Origin: Camelus dromedarius
Lineage: Eukaryota
Direction of reading: 5' to 3'
Length of the DNA stretch: 64,000 nt
NCBI RefSeq assembly: GCF_036321535.1
Contig: NC_087436.1
Span: 79,176,001 to 79,240,000, forward strand
In this document: positions 52,854 through 64,000 of the stretch, piece by piece
Position numbering within the stretch: the first letter of the stretch is position 1
How the letters are laid out: each line of letters starts with the position of its first letter
Made by a program: the position numbers and the translations under genes
Notes under the pieces: generated by a model
Told to the model about the DNA's origin: nothing
Databases searched by the model: none
Seen by the model: the letters and a program-made list of their open reading frames with translations, nothing else

Positions 52854-55800
52854 ATCAAAAGAAAAAAATCTCTATTAAATCTGCCATACAAAGCTAACCA
52901 CCATTGACATTTGTGATGTATGTCCTTCCATTTAATGAAAAAAAATTTGTGTGCAGGACCATGTTTTAATAAGAATACTCCCAAATGTGGCAATAAAACA
53001 ATTCCTCCTACAGTGAAGAGAAGGGTGCTTCCCTTTCTGATGTACCTGGGGAGCAAGTATTCATCTCCCTTAGAAGTGAGATCCAATCATTGTGCTCTGG
53101 CTCAGAATTATTATCTAATTAGTTAAGACTTCTACCATGACTCTTGAATTGGTATAAAGGAGCATAAAATGTCTTTCTAAGAAACAATTTAATCTGAGTT
53201 CTTCCAGCTCATCCCATAATTTACTTCTGTCTGCAGAATCATAGGTTGAAAAACTACTGGTTGAGTGAATGAACTTTTGAGTTACCTTTGCAGTCTCAAC
53301 TCATATGCAGATATCATGAAAGCCCTCAACTAAAATCAGACTCCTCTCTTAGGCAATTATTTATTTCCCCAGACTCATGTCTTGCCTTTGTTCTATTTGT
53401 TTCTCCCTTCACATCTTTCTTGGAATTCTATCTCCAATAGGAGCTCAACAGTGGGGAATCCCAAGAGGGGAAGAGGGCATCACCAGATCCTGGACTTGCA
53501 GAGGGCTTGGCTTCACCCATGTTTGGCATGTCTGATATCTGGTCATTGTAGTATAGCAATCCTGTAAATGTCTCAGATTTAATGTCTTAGCTAAAAGAAC
53601 CAGAAGACCTATGAAGCACAGAACTGTATTTTAAATCTTGCTGTGACTCACATTTGAAATGGAATTATCTGTCTTTTGAATCATGTGGGTTGAAGATCAC
53701 TTACCTGGTAAGTCAAGGCAGCTAACAGATGTATCTACTTTGGCACAAACATTGTGAAGGGACTTGGTTGACTTAAAAGAAAAGACTTTTTGGCAAACAG
53801 TCAACTTTGTTAAATGATTTTAGATTTTGTTTTAATGGCAAGGGGTTGGGGGAAGAGCCCCCTACCGCCACCCAACACCAACAACTTGCACTGGTGATGG
53901 AAGTAAAGAGGGTTAAGCCAGTGCTGCTTCTTAGCTATAAAATCGAATCTGAGTGGTGTCTGTAATCTATAACTTGGGCAAGTCCCATCCAATACTTTTT
54001 AAGAAGATTACAAAACCATTTGTGAATGCTCTAGTCAATATAAATGGATCTCAAAACTTTGGTGAAAACACAGTTACCTGGTGGCCATGAAGCACTTAAA
54101 TATTGACAAGTTTAATTCAGGAGAAAGGCAGCAGCCTAGACAAACACTTGATATATAATGTATAATATGCATTATATATTGTATAAACATTATATAATAT
54201 GTTTTCTCCCAAGAGTTTCCAGGTGTACTCTTCCAGAACACGATCTGTGCACTAAGAGGGGCAGCCATTAAATTCACGCGCATTTGTCTCCACTTTCCCT
54301 CCCTCCCTCCATAAAACCCAACTGAGTTTCAAAGTGGTGTCAGGTGCTAATTTCTCAATAAAACTATTGGCTGACCATGGATGCCCGCTCAGTCCTCCCA
54401 GTTTCCTCTGCATTTTGCTAAGGTGTTCAAGTGCTATTAGGGTTATTCTTAGAGTCGATTACCTGCCAAGAGGTAAAACTAAGCGTAACCTCAGGGCACC
54501 AATAAACTTAGAACAACAAAGTGAAATAAAAGAGGGAAAGCTTGGGGAAGATATTTAGCCCTCTTCTTCAAATAAAAGTAACTTTTGAGGGAAATAACCA
54601 CAATTATATTGGACTTCCTTACATAGGGAGGGGTGTGGATGGGCAGCATACCACATATTTGTTGAAGTGTCTGAGACCTCTCAAGATGCCTGTCTGGTCC
54701 TGGTTGTATCTTAAGACCAGCTGTTTTCAGGTCTCTTGTCTCTACTGGAGTCTGAGCTCCACAGGTGCTGGCCATTCACCTTTTTATTCTAAAACAGTGC
54801 CTGGAGCACAGTAGATGCTCAATGAGTGTTTTTAAAAAAATGAATGAGTGAACAAATGTATGAATATAGAAACTGCAGGTCTCCTATGCACAATTTCAAA
54901 ATCTCTAGGTTAGATATCTATCTACATAACAGAAACGCCACCTCCTGAAACCCTCTGCCTTTTATCAACCATCTTTAAGAAATATATTTGCCTTTAGGGA
55001 TCTGGAAGTAAGATGGAGGAAAAAAGCTTCTTTTTTTCTCATTTCTTTAAATCATGCAAGTGAGAAGCTTTTTTTCCCCCCTCAACAGTGAAAATACAGA
55101 GACCTGCCTTGGTAATAGTGACAATAATAGCAAGGATACAAATCAGGAAAGGTAACGAGAGGCCAGATTGTGATGATCTCAAAAAATTGTTTTTGTTATA
55201 TAGAAACAGAGACATTTAGAATGAACTTCAGACAATAAAATAATAATACACATCAAAATGACTGAAGCAGACATTGTGTCCCCACCACTGGCAAAAGTAA
55301 TTCAACACCAAATTGCAGGTGGTTTGAAACCAATTACAAAATAAGACAGATTCTAGAAGGAATTTAGACTATTCTGTTTATACACAACAGTCTTAATGAT
55401 GATACAATTATTTCTTCTTTCATGATTAAGAACGTTTTTCCTCTTACAACTAGCGCATTTTAAAGAAAGTCATGATATACACAGGCTCTTAAGAATCACC
55501 ACTGTCAGATTTAATTTAAAAGACAATTACATGTTGCAGACACGCGGGTTTTAATAAAAATTCACCTGGGCAAATGATTCATACCTACTATTCAATTCTG
55601 CCTTTCCCTGATACATGGTAAAATTTTACTGGCTCTGTAATTTATAATTTTTAAAATAATTTTTCTTCTTTTGAAAGAAGATGAAAGAGAAAGACAAGAG
55701 GTTTGCTACATGGAAATTACTGCAAAAGTAACTTACCACACTCAGGTTATCTACAGAGGACAGCAGCCCAGATCAACCAGGAGAAGCCTCTGAAACAGGA

Positions 55801-57084
55801 CTGTTTTGTTGCTGTAGCCAGGGTTGTAATTAGCGGGGTGGGGTTAGGGGTGTGGAAACTTAGGAGGCAGATCTGGGAAAGAGGAACTGTGCCAAGGTTG
55901 TCTCTACTGCTTGGGGATCCATGCTTTCCTTTTAAGAAAGTGAGCACCTCATTGTATCTCATTCCATTTATTTTATGTGACATTTGCCTGACAACGCTGC
56001 TCCCTTAGACAGCAAGACTGATTTATGATTGGGCAACAAAATATTTTATGAAAGCGCAAAGCTTGCTTATTTATTTAGGATTTCTATAATTCATTTACTT
56101 CCTAAGGCATTTAAGGATATTGAAACACGTTTAAAAGTAAGAACTGGGCAACTGGTCTTAGGTCTCAAAAAGGCGAACGATATATTCATCCTTCCTTCTC
56201 GTCAGGTTGTTGAGACTTCTGTTCAAGCTCAAGAGCTGAGTGGTGGAGACAAGGGAAGGTATTGAAGGGTGGTGGGTGGCGTGGGATGTGGAGCTACCTG
56301 TCTGGTGCCAGTGTGGGGTCTGGATTCTAGAAGGCATGACTGTCGTCAGGGAACCCACTGGAGGGGCAATTTCACAGAGAGAAGGAGGAGGCAGGGGCCT
56401 GAACAGAGATGGAAAGCAAAGGATGGCTTTAGCAGGAAATCTTAAGATGAATGGGCAGATCTTAGGAACTGGGCAGAGGGATGAGAGAGGGAATGAATCA
56501 CCTCATGAGTCATTAGATAGGCTCATAAGATGTACAATATTGTAAATAAAAACCTCAATTGTTTCCGGTTGCTGACTAAAAATTTGTTAGTTTAGCAGAG
56601 GTTAAAATGCCCTTCCTTCCTCTTAGTGTGACTCTGGCAAGTCGTATTTTCTTTCATGGGATTTGAACAGAAAACGCAAATGAGTCACTTCACTAGAACG
56701 GTTTTACCCTAGGTAAGGTGTGTGTACAGAGGGAGTTGCTCCTGGAGGTGAAAGGGGAAAAGAGGGGTACCTGGGTGCTCATTTATTTCAGAGGGCATTT
56801 GCCTCATCTGCGAACATTCACACATACCTTTGAGTAGAAAACCGAATGTCTGCACGATCAGTGCTATATTATTTCAGGAGACTGGGGTGTGAGTTATAGC
56901 CACTGCATAGCGAGGCCACTAAACCAAAGAGGGAGGTGACATCATTCCCGTCCTGGAAGGGCTCACAGCCTGGGAAGTGAGACAAGCCTATGGGCTGTAC
57001 AGAAAATATCCTTAGGATCTTACAAGGCAAGAGGCCATCAAGTTCTAGCAGATCTTGGGCAAATCTCATAATAAAAAAAGGCTG

Positions 57085-57320
57085 TGACTTATTGAGTACC
57101 TAGTGTGTGCTGAGCACAAAATCATTTCAACCAGTGTGATATTCAACCATCTGATATTCTTAACAACCCTCTTTGTTATTATCTTCATAGCAAAGATAAG
57201 GAGACTGAGCCCAGAGAAGTTAAGTAGCTTGCCCAAGGGCTCTACAACGAATAATTTGGAAGGGTGAAATTTGAACCCAGGTCTCTCTGACACAAAGCCC
57301 CCTTTTCCCCACTATGACTC
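57085..57320 (-). mobile_element. MIR SINE
   Basis: ttattgagtaccta..agactgagcccagagaagttaagtagcttgcccaagg..tttgaacccaggtctctctgac. Confidence 0.8.
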
Positions 57321-59999
57321 TCAACCACAAAGCAGTGGTGAAGCCTCCATATCACAGGAATGTGGTGTGGATTAATGAGATACTATGGGAGTGCCTGGAT
57401 ACATGGAGGAGATGCAGGAGGGTGTGTTTCCCCCTCCCCTGTCATCCCTGCTCTTCCTCAGGATGAAGCTCCGTTTTTCAGGTTCTTCCAGTGTCCCCTG
57501 TGTCCCCCTCTCTTCCGCAGTAGGAGCCTCATCTGCCTCTCTCCCCAGCTGGAGGCTGAGCCCTTTGAATGAGAGGGGGAGGCCTTTGTCATTAGCGTGA
57601 CTTTAAAAGCTGGAGCCAAGCCAGATGAAGGCACAGAGAGATTCAGGGAGCTATGGGATCACGCTGAAATGTCTTTAGAGTTGTGATCTAAGCCAGTCAC
57701 ACAAGAATAGGGAAAGAACCAGGGATTGATTGATTCTATCTGACGGAGAAGGATCCAAGGTTCGGGGACTTTACCCATTCTGCCCATTTATACAGATCAA
57801 GCATTTTAAAAGGGGCCCATGAAGTCACCTGCGATTGGGGTGAAATCAGCACCCCCCTGCCAGGTCCTGTGTTCTAGTCTTTGGGTCTTTTATTCATTCA
57901 CTCAACAAACATAGATAAGAATTGAGTACCTGTACATCTGGCCCGTGTGCGGTGCTAGGGTACAACGGCAACAACAGGTTTCCTCCCGCTCTCAAGCTGC
58001 CTGTTCGGTTTCATTCTAATAAAGGAGAAAGACAAAAGGAAAACGCATGCAACACAAACACAACCCAGGCAACACACGAGTGAAAGAAACAGCTGCACGT
58101 TGTTCTAAGGGCTGGGAAGAAAGTCCTCAAGGGGCTGAGGGTCTGAGTGAGGGGGTGGGCAGGAGAGGCCTCCCCGAAGCAGGCACGTGGGCAGAGCAGG
58201 CGCTGGCTGTGTGGATGGGCGGGAGGGGCGTCCAGGGAGAGGGCACAAGTCCCAGCGTGAGCTCAGCAGACTCGAGGAACTGAAAGGAGGCACCTGGAAG
58301 AGAAGCACTCAGCATTCTGCACACCGCGAGGGGCCCAGGAATCCAGGAATGGTGGCGGAAAGAGTTTGATGGTGCCATTCCCCAAGAGCTACACTTTGGA
58401 GGAGACAGACCGGTGCCCTGGGGTGAGTGCATGCGTGCGTGTGTGTGTGAATTCGAGCTGGGAATGTCACCAGGCCGTCTGTCTGGCTTTTTATGACTGA
58501 GAGCTGTGGCACGGCCACACCACCCAGCTGGTGCTGCTCTTTGCTTTGCAAACAGGCTCTGTAGCTTTGGGGCTGAGAATGGGTAGACTTAGTGGTTGAT
58601 GACCAATTCCCTGAGAATAATGATCAGGCTGGGTGCATGTGACTCCTGCCATTGACCAGACTGCTTCAGAGGGTCATTGCCATTTTCAAAAAGGGCAAAG
58701 TAGCCACTGGCCTGTGTCATGTAGCGAGTTCTGTTCACGTTGTCCCTGGGATTAGCCATTTAGTAAATGTTTATCAAGACAGTAGAGCAGAGTGGTGCTG
58801 AGTGTGGCCTCTGGAGCTGGAATCACCACTGGATCGCTGTGTGACCTTGGACTAGTTAGCCACCATTTCTGTGCTTCAAATTCCTCAGAGGGTAACCGTC
58901 AGGATTAAAACATGAACACGTCCCAGCACATAAGCACATGATCAGTATTCAGAAAATACTGCTTTTCTTTTTTTTCCCCTGAATTAGGAAAGTAGAAAAA
59001 ATGAATCATAATGAAAAGAAACAGAAGTAGAACATGTAGGCTGTCCATGTGGGATACGGACAGTGAGAGAGAGAGAGAGAAACCGCAACGGTTCTTGAGC
59101 ACTAGCCTGGAACACTGCTTGACAGTTGTGTCATTTAAGGCTTTTTCTGACTCAAGTCATAGAATAGTAAGCAAAAAAAAAAAGGGGGGGGGGGATTTAT
59201 TGCCTCATCTCTGAAGAATCCTGGGCACACAACTGGCTTTACTGCCAACTTGTTCCAGGGCCCCCTCTGTGATCAGGGCCCAGGCCTGTCCTCCTGACTC
59301 CCCTCTCCTCGGTGTGGACTTCATTCCCTCTCAGACTTCGCGTGCCCTGTAACGGTGCAGGGACTGCTGACAGCTCCAGGCTTGTCCTCTCAGAGCCTGT
59401 ATAACAAATAGGTACATCACAACAATAGTTAGCACCCATACTTGCTTCCTACATCACAGGCTTACTGCGTACATAACCTTCTGCATATACTGAAACTTGT
59501 AATTTTCACAAGAATGAGGAAGACAGGAAAATTGAGGCAGATTAAGTATTAGCCCAAAGTTACAAATAAGAGGCAGTGCCAGGATTTGAGCCCAGGTGGT
59601 CTGGTTTCAAGGTCTGTGCTCTGAAGTGCCTGTTCTGAAAGAGAGCCGCCATCTTTTTGGATCCAACTCAGTGCATTCACTCTGTCTGGGTTCCTAAGGC
59701 TAGAATGAGGTGATGTCCAGTCACCTAGGCTGCAGTCATGTGCCTGTCCTGAAGTGGCCATGGGGAGATGCCACCTAGAACTCCTGGGCTGGGGAGGGTA
59801 CCGAGGGAGGGATGGATAGCAAATGGCTATTGGATACTCTCTTCAGAACAAACAGCAAAACAAGAGCTTCCCATCACAACTGAGATAGAAAATAAAGAAG
59901 AGAAAAAGGTTTTAGGGAGAAGACGATGAGCTTGGTGTTAGAAGGCCAGAGTTCAAAGTGCTGGAAAAGCATTAAGTGAAGATGTGGCTCATTGGACGT

Positions 60000-61800
60000 G
60001 TTGAGTTATACTTGAAACAAGGTGATATTAAAAGGGTGGAAATAAAATAATAGGCAGAGAAATACTGGGCAAATGAAAAACAAATGAAAACAGGGGTAGT
60101 AACATTAATATCAGACGTGGTGAAACTGCAGGCTAAAAGCGCTTAGAGTTTAAAGAACATCCTTATATAGTAATAATAAAAGACAAATAATAAAGGGGAT
60201 ATAACAGTCATAAAATAGACATCAAAGGACTTAGCAGCTAAATGCGTATAGGCAAGGAAAACCTTATAAATACACAATTATAATGAGAGATTTCGAAATT
60301 GCTCTCTCACAATTAGCCAGAAGTAATAGTCAAAAAAAACCCCATTCATTATGCTACATACCTTAAATTTATACAGTGCTCTATTTCATTACATCTCAAT
60401 AAAACTGGAAAAAAAATAATTCAGACCACCAAAATAATACAATGTAATACTAGTCAAAACGTTATTCAGATGAACTCAATAATATAATCAAACAACTTGA
60501 TATAGTACATATAAGGACCTCTCCCATCCTAAAAATAAAGAAAAATTTTTTCATAAAAATGTAAAATTATAGATACATGATAAAAGGTGACCTAAAATTG
60601 TAAGTAGTTAGAAATTAAGGAAGAAACTCCTTGATAAGTCTTGGATCAAAGTGGAAATAAAAAGGAACTCATTAGTCTCTAGAAACCAATGAAAAGGGAA
60701 CCACTTCTATTGAAATTTACAGATTTACACTTCTATTGAGAAAACAGTGCCAAAGAGGAACATTTAGAGCTCTAAAAATGCCTTTGCAATTTAAAAGTAA
60801 TACCAAAACAAAAAAGAAACTAAATATTCATTTAATTTAGAAAATGATTTCAAAATTGTAGAATAGATAAAAAAGATTACACTGTATAGCACAGGGAAAT
60901 ATACACAAAATGTTATGATAACTCACAAGAGAAAAAAATGTGACAATGAGTGTGTATATGTCCATGAATGACTGAAAAATTGTGCTGAACACTGGAATTT
61001 GACACAACATTGTAAAATGGTTATAAATCAATAAAAAATATAAAAAAAAATTTAGAAAAAGAAATTAGGAAATTGAACTCAGTAAAGGCAAAAGTTGAAA
61101 TTAATGACAGAAAAAAACCCAGAAAAGATAAAATAGTAGGAAAGATGAATAAGTCAAAATCTACTGAAAATAATTCCAAAAGTTTTGGATAAACTAATAA
61201 ACTATGTATTTATATAAAACCAGCAATGTGAAGTAGAATATGGGCAGGGTTTCCTACTGGTGGAAATGGGAAGTGTTATAGTTTTTTGGAAGGCATCAAA
61301 AAATGAGTTAATATTCATGAAATGCTTTCACATAATAAATGCTATGGATTTTCTGGTTAAGTAAGTGAAACTTCTCTGAAAAATAAAATATATATCTCTA
61401 CTGACTCAATCAATAGTTCCTTTCCTAGGACTCTATCCTAGTGGTACAAACAAACATGCAAAGATGTTTTTATAGCATTGTCCATGGTGGCTAAGAGCTA
61501 GAAACGAAGTGGATGACCATCAAAGGAGAACGGATGCACAAACTGATGTGTCCACACTGTATGTGGCCTTTAAGAAGAATGAAGTAGGAGTTTTAACTGA
61601 TGACTTGCTGAGATTTTCACCATGTACTCTTGAGCGGGAAGAGCCAGATGCAAAAAGTAGATACGACTTCATTTTTGTAAAGTTGTGACAAAAAGCCATC
61701 CATGTGTATGAATATGTAAATCTGCATAGAACTGTGTGAGAAATAGAGAGATATGGAGAGACACATGAGGTCGTCAGCATGATTTACCTGGGGTGGGGGT
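60000..61800 (+). mobile_element. Very old L1 (L1ME-like) relic with nested younger L1 3' ends
   Basis: Degenerate ORF2-like A-rich sequence (aaacaggggtagtaacattaatatcagac) and 3'UTR-like ttcctaggactctatccta..gatgtttttatagcattg. Confidence 0.6.
60845..61048 (+). mobile_element. Young lineage-specific L1 3' end with 11-bp TSD
   Basis: Reverse complement of the 29.1-29.3 kb L1 end; aatttagaaaa at 60834-60844 and 61049-61059. Confidence 0.9.
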
Positions 61801-64000
61801 GGAGTTGGAGGGCAGGACGTGGCTACAAAGGGAGAAAAGGAGAAAGGAGCGAGAAAGGGATCCGTGATAAGAACATGTGTGATATGGCCCCCTTTATTTA
61901 AAATTAGACTAGATGTATGAATATACAATGAGATCCATCAACATTTTAACAAGGTTTGTCTCGAGGTGGTGAGTTCAGGTGACCTGAAGGTGTTGGGGGT
62001 GTGGACCAGGAATGGTATTTTAGGATTCTAGCCAGCTGGGTGCAGTGGACGTTTACTCAGGAAGACTGATGGAGTGAGCCCTCATATCATTATGAGGACT
62101 TAAGCAGCACCCTACGAAATAACTCATCTCAAGGGAAACAAGATCCAAGGGTCATATGTTGGGGTCAAGAACAGTTGATCAGTGTGGGAGCAGAGGGAAA
62201 ATTCTGAGTACATATCTGCCTTGTAAACTAATACCCAGTCCAGTCTCAATTCATGCTTGCGTTCTAGGACAGAACCTTTGAAAACAACCAAGTGAAGCCA
62301 GAGGGCTGTTACAGATATGCTCATCCACTGATTCCTTCAGCAAATATTTACCAAGACCCTGCTGTGTGCCCAGCACTATTCTAAAGGTTGGGGGTACAGC
62401 AGTGAACCAAAGCGGACAAAAGTCCTCACTCTCGTGGAGCTTATGCTCTGGTCCTTCCCTCCCTCCTCAACTGCAAGGCCCCTCAAGCACAGAAAGCATG
62501 TCTTCTTCTTTTTATTCCCGTGCCTAGAAAAGTTCCTGACAGGTGTGATGTAATGACACAGCACTTTGCATGTTTGTGATATCCTGCTCTCTGGATGGTT
62601 GTGGGTATGTCTGATCTTCAGTTTGGGTTGTAAACTTCTTGAGGGCAAGACTGTATTTTACACACAGAAGGAACAAGAGACATTTTTTGCTTGATGAAAC
62701 ACTGACATGAGAGGGGATGGAAATGGAGATGAAATTGGAAAAACAGATGTACAAGTTTTTGTGATGGGACCCTCAGTGGACTGGGTGGCTCACCAGAAGC
62801 CAAGGCAAAGAAGGAGAGAATGAATTCAAGATTCTGGCAGAACAAAATTATTAGAACGAATGTAAGAAACTTTAAGAGCAAAACTGTTTTTTTGTGGAAG
62901 ACTAATGGTTTCTGATATTTCAGTAAGTGACATAATTGAGATGCCACGTGGAACTATCCAGCTGCTAATGTGAAACATGCATCTGAAGAGAAGTGGGTCT
63001 AAGAGCTTTCTCTTGAGGTCACATGTGAGTGAGTGAGAGAGTCACCAAGGAAGAGAAAATGGGGTTCTCAAAACTTAGGGTTGGAGACCTGGGATCAGTC
63101 TAGTAGTGCTGCTTACTGACCATGTGAGTCTGGGTACATCATTTAATGGCTCTGAACCTTGTGTCCTCAATACATGAAGGGCTACTAATGCCTGCCCTCC
63201 CCTCCACAGAGCATCAGCATGATGTGATGTGTGTAGAAGTGGTTCTAAACCAGCAAACACTATGCAAATCAAGGATGCTGATCAAGATGGAAACATTGGG
63301 GCTGTGGCCTCACCTCTTCACCTCATCCACAGGTGCCTACCTGCCCTTCAGATCTCAGCCCCAGTGGCCTTCCCTGAGCTCCCCATGGCCCAGTACCCCC
63401 ATCACAGGCTGTCCTTGCAAATCCACCCTTTTTACTGGTTTAGTCCACACCTGTCCCTCTGCTTTCGGGGGCTCCACATCCGTTCTGCTCCCTGTTGGGA
63501 GCACAGTGTCTGGCATATTGCAGTCCCTCCAGAAATATTCCTTGAAAGAATACAGGAGAAAACCAAGTAAGCAAAGACAACAGGAGGGGTAGAGTCAGAG
63601 AAGGTGGAAGAAAAACAGAAAACCACCGCTGGAGTCAAAGTAGTAGAAACCTTTTTCACAGAAGAAGCAGATCAACGATGCTGAATGCTTTAAGAAGCAA
63701 AATGGAGTGAGGAATGTGAGAAAGCCCCAGATTAACTGTACATTGCTGCGATTAGAATGTTGCTGCCATTTAAACAATGGTTTAAATACGACAAGCGGCA
63801 GAGCTGTTGGTTGGAAATAGTTTCCAGGTTTCTAAAGAAAGGAAATGTAAATACTGAAACCCTTCCTACTTCTGTTAGGCATTTAGCTTTAGGTAATCTT
63901 GCCCTATGAAGCAAGAAGACAAAAGGCTTGTGAAATCAGCAGAGTAACTTGAACGGAGCTGTAGAATCTTAACGTCCGGAAAACCCGGTGTGGATATATT

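Noticed and set aside
1..64000. CRISPR arrays, operons, rRNA or a second set of PLAC8 coding exons
   Set aside because: This is mammalian repeat-rich DNA. I saw no spaced direct-repeat array, rRNA similarity or additional PLAC8-like exon by eye; tBLASTn would be needed to exclude highly decayed copies.

Overview
Mammalian genomic DNA, most likely a camelid (alpaca, llama or camel), judged from tRNA-derived Vic-1-like SINEs and a recurring young L1 3' end. The only convincing protein-coding gene is a spliced PLAC8-family gene on the minus strand. Its three coding exons (40048-39952, 38233-38109, 33515-33411) have canonical splice sites and compatible phases. They encode 108 aa: MNPVVSQPRYGAGATASDWQTGMFDCCDDMGVCLCGAFFPLCLSCQIASDMNECCLCGASVAMRTMYRTRYGIPGSICDDFLCMTFFTHCALCQLKRDIEKRKAINAL. 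This looks like the PLAC8B-type paralogue rather than canonical PLAC8. The rest is mostly interspersed repeats: a 5'-complete decayed L1 (1-5503, minus, truncated by the window), other L1s, MIR/L2, MaLR and ERV1 solo LTRs, hAT MITEs and SINEs. The most notable extras are a compact cluster of ISRE motifs at ~25.16-25.20 kb, an L1 whose extreme 5' end is fused to the end of ORF2, an old ~260-bp duplication split by an LTR insertion, and a nested duplication in the L1 5'UTR. I found no evidence of a wholly new biological system. Repeat family names come from recalled consensus sequences and repeat boundaries are approximate; no database searches were run.
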